NCBI GenBank assembly: GCA_026393865.1
Contig: JAPKZI010000031.1
Location: 1-53,269 of the forward strand
Length of the DNA stretch: 53,269 nucleotides
Origin: Candidatus Aminicenantes bacterium
GTDB lineage: Bacteria > Acidobacteriota > Aminicenantia > Aminicenantales > UBA4085
Reading direction: 5' to 3'
This document shows, one piece after another, positions 33,543 to 42,891 of this stretch (the stretch's first letter is position 1; every line of letters begins with the position of its first letter). The position numbers and the translations under genes were made by a program. The notes beneath the pieces were generated by a model, which did not search any database, was not told where the DNA came from, and saw nothing but the letters and a program-made list of their open reading frames with translations.

Positions 33543-36055
33543 ACGAAAAGCGCATGCATCGCCTCCTCAAACGGGTGGTGGATATCCAGCCGGAGGAGGC
33601 GCGGACCACGCTGCTGTTCTTTATGTATTTTTTCCTGATGATGGCGGCGGCCTACGTCATCCTTCCCTTGAAAACGTCCCTCTTCCTGAAAAAGCTCAAG
33701 CCGGAGATGCTGCCGGTGGCCTATCTCGTCACGGCCCTCCTGATGAGCTTCGTCGCGTCCTTTAATTCCCGCCTGCTCCAGAGGCTGAACCGGAAACGGT
33801 ATGTCGCTTCGAGCCTGACGTTTTTCATCGCCGGCCTCCCGGTCTTCTGGCTGTTGTTCCGGACGGGCCGGCTCTGGGTCTCGATGGTCTTCTGGTTCTG
33901 GGCCGAGGTGTTCCTGGCCATCTCGGTCATCCAATTCTGGATCCTCGTCAACGATGTCTATGCGCCGCGGCAGGCGAAACGCTTCATCGGATTCTTCGTC
34001 AGCGGCGGCCTTCTGGGAGGCGTCGCGGGATCCCTGGCCGCCTCCTTTCTGTCCCGGACCAAGGTCCTCGGCACGGAGAACCTCTTGCTGGTCTGTCCCT
34101 TCCTGCTCCTTGCCGCGCTGGGCATCCTCTTCGCCCTCCCGAAGAGCCTGGCCGAGATGCGGCCGGAGCAGGAGGTCCGGAAGAAGGGCGCCCCGAAGTC
34201 CCGGGTCGGATATCTTCAAAGCCTCCGCGTTCTGTTGAAGAGCCGCTATCTTGTCATTCTGAGCGGCGTGATGCTCTCGGGATTCGCCGTAACGAAATTC
34301 ATCGATTTCCAATTCACCCGGGCCCTCAAGGTCCGCTTCAACGACGACGAGCGGACGGCTTTCCTCGGCGTGTTCTTCACCCTGCTCTTGGTCGCCTCGT
34401 ACCTCCTCCACGTCTTCCTGACCAATCGCGTCCTGAAAGTGTTCGGCCTGCGCATCGCCCTGTTCATCGCGCCCGTCGTTCTGGCGGTCGGGGCGGTCTT
34501 CGGGTTTTTCCTGCCGGCCGGATCGGCTCCCACGATCATGGTCTGGACGTCGCTCATGCGCGGAACGGACAAGAGCCTGTCCCATTCGTTGAACCAGTCG
34601 ACGCGGGAGATCCTCTATATCCCCGTTCCGGCCGAGACCAAGGTCAAGGCCAAGGTCTTCATCGACCTGTTCGTCAACAAGTTCGCCGACGCCCTGGCCG
34701 CCCTCTTTCTGTTCCTGGCCTTCAACCTGCTTCATTTTTCCATCCCGGCCTTGAGCGGGTTGACGCTGGCCTTCATCGCGATCTGGATCCTTCTCAATCA
34801 GCGCCTCTTCCGGGAATACGTCGGGGTCGTCAAGAAGAACCTGACCCTCAAGTGGCCGGACGCGGACAAGTTCGTCTTCGACCAAGTCGATGTCGACGCG
34901 ACGAAACTTGTCTTTGATACCCTCGAGAGCAAACAGCGCAGCTCCGTGCTTTACGCGATGAACCTGATGGACCTGATCAAGAAGGACAAGCTGAGCCCGG
35001 AGCTCAAAAAGATCATCTCGATGAAGTCCTCCGAGGTCCGCGCGGGTTCGCTCAACGCTCTGATGGATGTCGGCGGAGAGGCGCTCGTTTCGGAATGGGA
35101 AGATGCCATCGAGGATAAGGACATGGACAAGGAGATCCGGGAGGTCCTCTCGCTCGACGTTTACCAGCAATTGATGCGGGACCGGGTGGAGAAGATCGCC
35201 GAAGATCAGAGCGAAGGCGCCGTCGTGTCGCAGATGGAAATCGCCAAGGCCCTGGGCATGATGGCCGCCGATGCGCCGCTCGTCCAGAACCTGTGCCGGC
35301 TGCTGAAGCATGACTCCCCTGAGGTCGTCCGCTACGCTCTGGAGAGCGCCGGCCGGCAGAAAAAACGCGAGTTCGTCCCTTTGATCCTGGCCCCTCTGGC
35401 CAGGCCGGGAACGCGGCAAGCCGCGGCCGCGGCCCTTCTCGAATACGGCGATAGGATCGCCGGAACGATCAAGGATTTCCTGGCCGACCCGAGCGAGGAC
35501 CTCAAGCTGAGACGATCGCTCCCGGAAATCCTGGCCCAGATGAAGACGCAGCGGGCCGCGGACATGCTGGTCCGGGTCTTGAAGAGGCGGGACGCGGACG
35601 TCCAGGCGGACGTCATCGAAGCCCTCATCCGGATCCGATCCTGGAATCCGAGTCTTTCCTTTTTCGGGGAGGAGATCGGCGTCGAGGTCACCTCGGCCGT
35701 CCGGAAAGCCTGCATCCTCGTGCTTGAGCTGTTCGCCGCGCGCAAGGACAGCCAGAAGGCCGCCTTGGCCGCGGAGCACGAGAACGCCCTCGGCCGGACC
35801 ATGAAACAAATCTTCGGGTTGCTCAGCCTCCTCTATCCGCCCGAGGACATGATGAGGGCCTATCAGAACTACCGGGAGGGCACGAAGAGGTCGATGGATT
35901 ACGCCCTCGAACTGCTGGAGAACATGCTCCGAAGGGACGTCAAAGACATGCTCATGCCGCTCCTCGAAGAACGGCCCCTCGACGAGAAAGCTCTGGTCTG
36001 CCGCAAGATCCTCAAGGCCCTCGAGAAGCATCCGGGCGTGGGACTTCCGACGTGA
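33539..36055 (+). CDS. TLC-family nucleotide transporter fused to a C-terminal HEAT/armadillo-like repeat domain, copy 2
   Basis: ATGA overlap with copy 1. IQPEEA...ILPLKTSLFL and IQFWILVNDVYAPRQAKRFIGFFVSGGLLGG. Collinear with copy 1 through the HEAT-like region (ILAQMKTQRAADMLVRVL). The antisense 865-aa ORF is low-complexity. Confidence 0.75.
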   Translation: MNEKRMHRLLKRVVDIQPEEARTTLLFFMYFFLMMAAAYVILPLKTSLFLKKLKPEMLPVAYLVTALLMSFVASFNSRLLQRLNRKRYVASSLTFFIAGLPVFWLLFRTGRLWVSMVFWFWAEVFLAISVIQFWILVNDVYAPRQAKRFIGFFVSGGLLGGVAGSLAASFLSRTKVLGTENLLLVCPFLLLAALGILFALPKSLAEMRPEQEVRKKGAPKSRVGYLQSLRVLLKSRYLVILSGVMLSGFAVTKFIDFQFTRALKVRFNDDERTAFLGVFFTLLLVASYLLHVFLTNRVLKVFGLRIALFIAPVVLAVGAVFGFFLPAGSAPTIMVWTSLMRGTDKSLSHSLNQSTREILYIPVPAETKVKAKVFIDLFVNKFADALAALFLFLAFNLLHFSIPALSGLTLAFIAIWILLNQRLFREYVGVVKKNLTLKWPDADKFVFDQVDVDATKLVFDTLESKQRSSVLYAMNLMDLIKKDKLSPELKKIISMKSSEVRAGSLNALMDVGGEALVSEWEDAIEDKDMDKEIREVLSLDVYQQLMRDRVEKIAEDQSEGAVVSQMEIAKALGMMAADAPLVQNLCRLLKHDSPEVVRYALESAGRQKKREFVPLILAPLARPGTRQAAAAALLEYGDRIAGTIKDFLADPSEDLKLRRSLPEILAQMKTQRAADMLVRVLKRRDADVQADVIEALIRIRSWNPSLSFFGEEIGVEVTSAVRKACILVLELFAARKDSQKAALAAEHENALGRTMKQIFGLLSLLYPPEDMMRAYQNYREGTKRSMDYALELLENMLRRDVKDMLMPLLEERPLDEKALVCRKILKALEKHPGVGLPT

Positions 36056-36115
36056 TCCGGATTCCGGTCTGTCGGCTTGAACTCGATTGTGTTATAATTC
36101 CGGCCTGAGTTGAAG

Positions 36116-37792
36116 ATGGCCACTTTATTCGTTTATCCCAAGCAAGGCGACGGCTTCTCCTTCCCCTTGAAGGACAAGCAGGTGTCCCTGGGCCGCTCGG
36201 CCGACAACGACATCCCCATCCCGGACCCGTTCAGCTCAGGCCGCCACGCGCTCATCGTTCCGTCCGAATCCGGGTTCGCGGTGCGCGACAACGGCAGCAA
36301 GAACGGCACCTTCGTCAACGGCAAAAAGGTCACGGCGTTGACTGAGCTCAAGGAGGGCGACGAGATCCTTATCGGCTCGGTCCGCATTCTGTTCGACAAG
36401 GCGCTCCAGACCAACATCGAGGTCACCGACATCCCGGCGCCCACGACCAACATCAACACCATGATCCCGTTCAAAGACATCCTGGCCAGCCCGACCTCCC
36501 GGACGACGGTCCAGGCCGCCATTCCCATCTCGGAGGTGGACCAGGTCAGGGCGGAGAACAGGATATATTCCGTCCTGAGCGAGGTCAGCAAGGCGCTCGT
36601 CCTTCACAAGCCGCTGAGCGAGCTCCTCGATCACATCATGGACCTCATCTCGGAGCACCTGTCTATGGACCGGGGGGTCCTGATGCTCAAGGAAGGGAAT
36701 CCCATCCAATTGATCCCTAAGGTCATCCGGGTCAACAACAAGCACCTCCAAAACCAGAAATTCCTGGTCAGCAAGAGCATCATCAACATGGCCTTCGAGC
36801 AGTCGCTGGCCGTCCTGACGTCGGACGCCGCGCTCGACCCGCGCTTCAAAGGCCGGGAGAGCATCATCAACTCGGGCATCCATTCGGCGATCTGCGTCCC
36901 GCTCTATAACAACAAGGAGGTCATCGGCATCATCTACGCCGACCGGATCTCCCTCCTTCAGGAGTTCCGGGAGGATGACCTGAGGCTGTTGACCCTGCTC
37001 TCCACCCTGGCCGCGATCAAGATCGAGAACGCCATGCTCATCGAGCAATCCATCGAAAAGGAGAAGATGGAACGGGAGATGCAGCTGGCGGCCCAGATCC
37101 AGAAGGATTTCCTGCCCAAGACCGCGCCGTCCTGCGATCATTTCGACATCGCCGGGAGGAACATCCCCTGTCATCAGGTCGGAGGGGACTACTATGATTT
37201 CATCCCCATCGATCCCTGCCGGATCGGCATCGCCGTGGCCGACGTCTCCGGAAAGGGCGTCAGCGCCTCGCTCCTCATGTCCTCGCTCCGGGCGGCCCTC
37301 CATTCCGAGGTCCATCCGCGCTACGAAATGGAGGTCATGGCGGAGAAGCTCAACAACTTCGTTCACCGGAGCTCGGCCATCAGCGCTTTCATCACCTTTT
37401 TCTATTGCGAGCTGAACAAGGAATCGGGCGACCTCATCTACGTCAACGCCGGTCATAATCCTCCTCTGGTCCTCAACCGGTCCGGAGATGTCCGGGAGCT
37501 GGAAAGTTCGGGGCTCTGCCTGGGGATGCTCCCCGAGATGACCTACGAGATACGAAAGGAGGCCCTCACGCCAGGCGATGTTTTCGTCCTTTACACCGAC
37601 GGGATCACCGAAAGCCGCAATAAGGCCAACGAAGAATACGGCGTTGAGCGCCTGGCTGAGGTCTGCCGCAAACACGCCGGCGACTTGGCTTCCGAGCTGA
37701 TGGACTCCGTTTTCCGCGACCTGGACGCTTTCACCGAGAAGGCGCCGGCGGCCGACGACCGGACCTTGGTCGTTCTCAAAAGAACCTCCTGA
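36116..37792 (+). CDS. FHA-GAF-PP2C (SpoIIE/RsbU-type) serine phosphatase
   Basis: FHA: VSLGRSADNDIPIPDPFSSGRHALIV...NGSKNGTFVNGKKV. Central GAF-like region. PP2C: AAQIQKDFLP, HQVGGDYYDF, IAVADVSGKGVSASLLM, NAGHNPP, VLYTDGITE. Confidence 0.85.
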   Translation: MATLFVYPKQGDGFSFPLKDKQVSLGRSADNDIPIPDPFSSGRHALIVPSESGFAVRDNGSKNGTFVNGKKVTALTELKEGDEILIGSVRILFDKALQTNIEVTDIPAPTTNINTMIPFKDILASPTSRTTVQAAIPISEVDQVRAENRIYSVLSEVSKALVLHKPLSELLDHIMDLISEHLSMDRGVLMLKEGNPIQLIPKVIRVNNKHLQNQKFLVSKSIINMAFEQSLAVLTSDAALDPRFKGRESIINSGIHSAICVPLYNNKEVIGIIYADRISLLQEFREDDLRLLTLLSTLAAIKIENAMLIEQSIEKEKMEREMQLAAQIQKDFLPKTAPSCDHFDIAGRNIPCHQVGGDYYDFIPIDPCRIGIAVADVSGKGVSASLLMSSLRAALHSEVHPRYEMEVMAEKLNNFVHRSSAISAFITFFYCELNKESGDLIYVNAGHNPPLVLNRSGDVRELESSGLCLGMLPEMTYEIRKEALTPGDVFVLYTDGITESRNKANEEYGVERLAEVCRKHAGDLASELMDSVFRDLDAFTEKAPAADDRTLVVLKRTS

Positions 37793-37889
37793 TCAGGCCC
37801 GCGGAAGCGCCCGCCCCATCCCCCAATTTATCTGGCATTTTAACCGGAAATTATTTATGATAAAGGGCCTAAATAAGAAAGTGATCGCC

Positions 37890-39050
37890 ATGAGAAAAAC
37901 GGTTTTCATCAAGTTCGTCCTCGGCTTCATGATCGGCCTGGCCTTGGGCCTCCCCGCGGCCGCTCAGATTCCCGTTCTTCCTTCGCCGCAGACGCTCCCC
38001 GTCGACGCGGCCTTCGACGAGATCGCCAAGTTCATCAGCGGGATCCCCTGCGACTCACAAGATCTGAAAACTCTCCAGGAGACGCCCGAGTGGAAGAATT
38101 TCGCGGCCGGGCTCGAGAAGAGCTGGGGAGAGCTGGAGTTGAAACGGCTGGGAGCGATGCGAACTTGGGCCCAAAGCGAGCTGGCCGGGGCGAACGCCGC
38201 GACGAAAACCCTCTTTTATCCCTTCGGCGGCCCGGACTTCCTGACGGCCTTCGATCTTTTTCCCGAGGCGGACAGCTACATCCTTATGGGTCTTGAGTTC
38301 ATCGGCAAGTTGCCGGAATTCACGCCCGGCGCCCCGAACGAAGCCAAACACGTCGAAGCCTATCTTGGGAACCTGACCGCGGCCCTCGCCGATTTCTTCA
38401 ACAAGAGCTATTTCATCACCAAGAACATGAATACGACACTGGCCCGGGACAAGGTCGACGGCGTCCTGCCCGTCATCTGCTTCTTCCTCAAGCGGACGAA
38501 CAACTCGATCTCCTCCGTCAAGCGCATCGAGGTCATGGAGAACGGCCAGCTCCTGGAATACGACTTCGCCCTTCCCCGCCAGCGCTACGTCCGGCCGTAC
38601 GGCATCAAGATCGAGTTCTTCACCAACGGAACGAACCGGCTCCGCTCGCTGACCTATTTCTCCTGCGACCTGTTTGATGTGCCTTTCGCCAAGGACAAGC
38701 CGTTCTACATCTATACGGACAGCCTGAATTTCGAGACGACCTTCGTCAAATCGGCCTCTTACCTCCTGCACTACGGGACTTTTAACAACATCCGGAACAT
38801 CATCCTCCGCAAGAGCCGCTTCATCCTGGAGGACGACACGGGGATCCCTCTTAGATATTTCAAACCCGCCGAATGGGACGCCCAGCTCTACGGCGAGTAC
38901 ATCAAGCCGGTCAGCGACTTCAAGGGCGTCGATCAGCTCGATCTCGAGGAGGCTTACAAGGACCCGGTCAGGGTCAAGAAACTGCCCTTCCATCTCGGCT
39001 ATCACTGGGGCACCAACAAGGATTCGATCCTGTATTTCAAAAGAAAATGA
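37890..39050 (+). CDS. Exported hypothetical protein (no family recognised)
   Basis: MRKTVFIKFVLGFMIGLALGLPAAA|Q signal peptide and a 386-aa body (LFYPFGGPDFLTAFDLFPEADSYILMGLE...). Its stop overlaps the start of the permease gene (ATGA at 39047-39050). An alternative start lies at 37857. Confidence 0.6.
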   Translation: MRKTVFIKFVLGFMIGLALGLPAAAQIPVLPSPQTLPVDAAFDEIAKFISGIPCDSQDLKTLQETPEWKNFAAGLEKSWGELELKRLGAMRTWAQSELAGANAATKTLFYPFGGPDFLTAFDLFPEADSYILMGLEFIGKLPEFTPGAPNEAKHVEAYLGNLTAALADFFNKSYFITKNMNTTLARDKVDGVLPVICFFLKRTNNSISSVKRIEVMENGQLLEYDFALPRQRYVRPYGIKIEFFTNGTNRLRSLTYFSCDLFDVPFAKDKPFYIYTDSLNFETTFVKSASYLLHYGTFNNIRNIILRKSRFILEDDTGIPLRYFKPAEWDAQLYGEYIKPVSDFKGVDQLDLEEAYKDPVRVKKLPFHLGYHWGTNKDSILYFKRK

Positions 39051-40426
39051 ACGCCCGGACGAAGTTCAGCCTGACCACGGCCACGGCCCTTGTCATCGCC
39101 AACATGGTCGGCACCGGCGTGTTCACCAGCTTGGGTTTCCAAATCGGTCTGGACGCCTCGGGAAACCCGGTGATCTCCTCCGGGCTGGCCCTGATCTTCC
39201 TCTGGATTCTGGGCGGAGCCATAGCTCTCTTCGGCGCGCTGACCTATTCCGAGGCCGGCGTCCTCTATCCGCGCTGCGGCGGCGAGTACCATTACCTGAC
39301 CAAGATGTACCATCCGGTTGTCGGTTTCCTCGCCGGGTGGATCTCCTTCCTCGTCGGGTTCGCCGCGCCCGTCGCGGCGGCGTCCATCGCTCTCGGCAAC
39401 TATCTCCGCAGCGCCCTGAGCCTGCCGGAGCATCTCGCCGGAGCCCTCTCCTTCCTCAAGACCTCGTCGCTCTTCGCCATCGCGGTCATTTTCGTCCTGA
39501 CCGCGATCCATGCCACGGACAAGATGCTGGGCGCCCGGTTCCAGAACGTCATCACCTTGTTCAAGATCCTCTGCATCCTGGCCATGGTCGGCCTCGGCTT
39601 GGTCGTCGGTAAATCGACGCACTTGTCGTTCGCCCTGTCGAGGGGGGCCGTCCATGACATTCTGAGCCCGGCCTTCGCCATCTCCATGTTCTTTGTCTCG
39701 TTCGCCTACTCCGGCTGGAACGCGGCCGCCTACATCGCCGGGGAGATGGAAAAACCGTCGAAGAACCTGCCGATCAGCCTGATCACAGGGACGATCTTCG
39801 TCATCGTCCTGTACGTTCTGCTCAACTTCGCCTTTCTCTATACCGTGCCGCTGCCGGAGCTGGCCGGCAAGCTCGAGGTGGGTTTCATCTTCGCGACCAA
39901 GGTCTTCGGGACGCAGGGCGGCCGGATCATGGCCGGGATCATTGCCTTCCTGCTCCTGTCCAGCATCAGCGCCATGATCATCGCCGGGCCCCGGGTCACC
40001 CGGGTCATCGGCGAGGATTATCATCTGTTCCGCTGGATGAGCCGGACGACGCGCAAGGACATCCCCGCCATCGCCATCCTCACCCAGGGTTTGCTCTCGA
40101 TCGTATATATCCTCACTTCGACATTCGACCAGGTCATCGTTTTCATCGGGTTCACCCTCAATCTGTTCACGTTCATGACCGTTTTGGGGGTGATGATCGT
40201 GCGAAAGAAGCACCCGGAGCTGCCGCGGCCGTACAAGACCCTCGGCTACCCCGTCGTGCCGATTCTGTTCCTGCTGATCAACATCTGGATCCTGGCCTAC
40301 GGCCTGCTTTATCGGACGAAGGAATCCCTGGCCGGGTTCGGGATCACGGCCGCCGGACTCCTGGTCTATGGGATCAATAAGAAGCTCAGGCCGAATGACG
40401 TCCGGCCCTGCGAATATAAATCGTAG
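39047..40426 (+). CDS. APC-superfamily amino acid permease
   Basis: Start set at MNARTKFSLTTATALVIANMVGTGVFTSLGF (typical APC N-terminal motif). About 12 helices. Motifs YSEAGVLYPRCGGEYHY and FVSFAYSGWNAAAYIAGE. Confidence 0.85.
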   Translation: MNARTKFSLTTATALVIANMVGTGVFTSLGFQIGLDASGNPVISSGLALIFLWILGGAIALFGALTYSEAGVLYPRCGGEYHYLTKMYHPVVGFLAGWISFLVGFAAPVAAASIALGNYLRSALSLPEHLAGALSFLKTSSLFAIAVIFVLTAIHATDKMLGARFQNVITLFKILCILAMVGLGLVVGKSTHLSFALSRGAVHDILSPAFAISMFFVSFAYSGWNAAAYIAGEMEKPSKNLPISLITGTIFVIVLYVLLNFAFLYTVPLPELAGKLEVGFIFATKVFGTQGGRIMAGIIAFLLLSSISAMIIAGPRVTRVIGEDYHLFRWMSRTTRKDIPAIAILTQGLLSIVYILTSTFDQVIVFIGFTLNLFTFMTVLGVMIVRKKHPELPRPYKTLGYPVVPILFLLINIWILAYGLLYRTKESLAGFGITAAGLLVYGINKKLRPNDVRPCEYKS

Positions 40427-40523
40427 CTGCTCAGGCAGACAGTATTCAGGAGTCAGAATTCAGAATGGCCTGTTTTCAGAAAAAGTGATGCGTCCCCGTT
40501 TTGGTTAAGGGCTTTTCTCCCGC

Positions 40524-41762
40524 TTAGGCAAAAAGATCAGCCGGCAGCCGTTGCAGCCGGGCGATGTCCGTCGCCCGTTCCTTCACGTCGAATCCATAGG
40601 CGCAGCGGACGGCGCACCGCTCGCAGCTCCCGCATGGGTCTTCCCCGACCTTGAGCGACGCGACGAGGTCATGGGCCTCGCCGAGGTTCCTGTAGCCGTA
40701 GGCGTACATGTAACTCCGCATCAGGGAGGGGATGGGCAGATCTCGGGGGCATTGTTCGAGGCATTGGTTGCAGCCCTGGCAGTAAAGCCCGCCTTCCTGG
40801 GGAACGAGTCTCAAGTCCCGTCTCTCGTCGTCGGTGAGCTTGACGTCCTTGACGACGTTCAGATTGAGTTCGAGCTGGTCGAAGGACGTCATCCCGGGGA
40901 TGGCCGTGGTGATGCCGGGATTGCTGAGGGCCCATTTCAAGGCCGCTTTGACATTGATCGGTTCCTTCCGGGCCCGGTCGAAATATCCGCCGGCGAGCGT
41001 CTTCATGGCGATGATGCCGAGCCCCGCCGCATTGGCTTCGGCGATGGCCTTATCGAGTTCAGCCAGGTTGTCCTTGCGGAAGTTATACCCGGTCAGGACG
41101 ACGTCGTAGAGCTTGCTCTCGATCGCCGCCCGGATGACTTCGGGCTCGTTCGAATGGGTCGAAACGCCGACGAAACGGGCCTTGCCGCTTTTCTTCACGG
41201 ACTCGAGCGCCTTCATCAAAGGCTCGAAGAGGACGGCGTCCCGGTAGATCACGTTGTGGATGTAGAGGGCGTCCACATAGTCCAGCCCGAGCCGCTTGAG
41301 GCTGAGGTCGAATTTCTCAAGGAAGGGCTCGGCCTTGGTCTCGGCGGTGAACAGCCGCGTCCGGTTGTCGGCGACGGGCTCACCCGGGACCTTGGTCGCG
41401 ATGACGTAGGAGTCACGCGGCCGGTCCTTGAGAACCTTGCCGATCTGCTCTTCGTTGCGGCCCCGCATATAGCCGTGGGCCGTGTCGAGGTGGATGAGGC
41501 CGGCGTCGAGCGCGGCCCGAATGAGGTTCTCATTGTCCGAGTTCATGACGCCCATCGAGACGATGGGCAGGGTGACGCCGGTCTTGCCCAGCTTCCGGTA
41601 GATGAAGCCGTCCTTCTTGATGTCCCCTGTGGGCGCGGTGAAGGATTTCTGCCGGCCTTTGAGGGCCGACGGAAGCGCCGAGAGGGCGCCGATCCCGGCC
41701 ACGCCCATCAGGCCGTTCTTGAGAAAAGACCTCCGGTCGATGCCGGACCGATCGTGATGCAT
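40524..41762 (-). CDS. Tat-signal aldo/keto reductase with C-terminal 4Fe-4S ferredoxin-type cysteine motifs
   Basis: Twin-arginine motif IDRRSFLKNG...GIGALSALP. AKR core: LGKTGVTLPIVSMG, IHLDTAHGYMRGRNEE, YVDALYIHN. C-terminal CQGCNQCLEQCP and CGSCERCAVRC. Confidence 0.8.
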   Translation of the reverse strand: MHHDRSGIDRRSFLKNGLMGVAGIGALSALPSALKGRQKSFTAPTGDIKKDGFIYRKLGKTGVTLPIVSMGVMNSDNENLIRAALDAGLIHLDTAHGYMRGRNEEQIGKVLKDRPRDSYVIATKVPGEPVADNRTRLFTAETKAEPFLEKFDLSLKRLGLDYVDALYIHNVIYRDAVLFEPLMKALESVKKSGKARFVGVSTHSNEPEVIRAAIESKLYDVVLTGYNFRKDNLAELDKAIAEANAAGLGIIAMKTLAGGYFDRARKEPINVKAALKWALSNPGITTAIPGMTSFDQLELNLNVVKDVKLTDDERRDLRLVPQEGGLYCQGCNQCLEQCPRDLPIPSLMRSYMYAYGYRNLGEAHDLVASLKVGEDPCGSCERCAVRCAYGFDVKERATDIARLQRLPADLFA

Positions 41763-41946
41763 GCGTTCCTCCTTGGGGGCATTCCTGCGGCCGGAACACC
41801 CGGCCGAGCCGCCCTAATTCCTATTTAATAGATAGACTTAATAGCATATGTCCGCCCGCCCTGTCAAATGGACGACAAAAATATTCGAACGCGGCGCATG
41901 ATTTTAGTCTATAATAACGGGCGGAATTCCTCTCAAGGAAAAGACG

Positions 41947-42891
41947 ATGAGTGACGCCGTCCCAACCCCCTCGACGCTTAAGAAATGGCTCCTTGCCACC
42001 CGGCCTTGGGCCCTTCCGGCCTCGACCATGCCGGTCATCTTCGGGACCTCCCTGGCCGTCGTCGTCGGCCGGGCGCGGTTGGATCCGCTCCGTTTTCTGC
42101 TCGCCCTCCTGGCCATGATGGTCCTTCATTCGGCGGCCAATATGATGAGCGACGTTTTTGATTTTCGGCGCGGGCTCGACACCTTCGTCACGCCGGTGAG
42201 CGGGGCCATCGTCCGCGGCTGGCTGACGGCCAAACAGGTCGCGGCCGGCTCGGTCGTCCTCTTCGTCGTCGGGATCGGTCTCGGCCTCGGACTGGTGGTT
42301 TTGACCGGCACGGTCCTGCTGATCATCGGATCCGTCGGCGTTCTGATCGGGGCGGGCTATACCCTTCTCAAATATCACGCTCTCGGCGACTTGGCCGTCT
42401 TTCTCAATTTCGGCATTCTCGGGGGGCTCGGGGCCTGGGTCGTCCAGACCGGGCAATTCTCCTGGATCCCCGTCCTCTGGACGGCGCCGATGGCCATGCT
42501 CGTCATCGCCATCCTCCATGCCAACAACTGGCGGGACACGATTTCCGATTCGGAGCGCCGGGTCAAGACGTTCGCTTCGATCCTGGGCGACAAAGGCTCG
42601 CTGGCCTATTATGCCTTCCTCCTCTTCGGCTCGATGGCGATCATTTTCGGTCTCATCCTCCTGCCGCGCCTCCTTTCGCCCAAGCTCGTCCCCATGCCCT
42701 GGACATTCATCGTCGTGCTGCTCGCCCTGCCGCGCGCGCTGCAATTATGGGGCCGGGCGACGCGCCGCCGCGCTCCGCGCCGGCCCATGGATTTCATCAT
42801 CCTCGACGGGGCGACGGCGAACTATAATCTCATCTTCGGATTGCTCTGCACCGCCGCCCTGTGGCTGGAGCAGGTCTTGAAGCTGAATTGA
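41947..42891 (+). CDS. UbiA-superfamily prenyltransferase, MenA-like
   Basis: LKKWLLATRPWALPASTMPVIFG resembles the MenA N-terminus. Asp-rich motif AANMMSDVFDFRRGLD. 8-9 helices. Confidence 0.7.
   Translation: MSDAVPTPSTLKKWLLATRPWALPASTMPVIFGTSLAVVVGRARLDPLRFLLALLAMMVLHSAANMMSDVFDFRRGLDTFVTPVSGAIVRGWLTAKQVAAGSVVLFVVGIGLGLGLVVLTGTVLLIIGSVGVLIGAGYTLLKYHALGDLAVFLNFGILGGLGAWVVQTGQFSWIPVLWTAPMAMLVIAILHANNWRDTISDSERRVKTFASILGDKGSLAYYAFLLFGSMAIIFGLILLPRLLSPKLVPMPWTFIVVLLALPRALQLWGRATRRRAPRRPMDFIILDGATANYNLIFGLLCTAALWLEQVLKLN

Noticed and set aside
33434-36031. 865-aa ORF on the minus strand, antisense to TLC-HEAT copy 2
   Set aside because: Its composition is dominated by D/E/R/G/L/P with no hydrophobic core or motifs, which is typical of stop-free antisense frames in GC-rich DNA. 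The plus-strand frame has clear transmembrane helices and is collinear with its neighbouring paralog.
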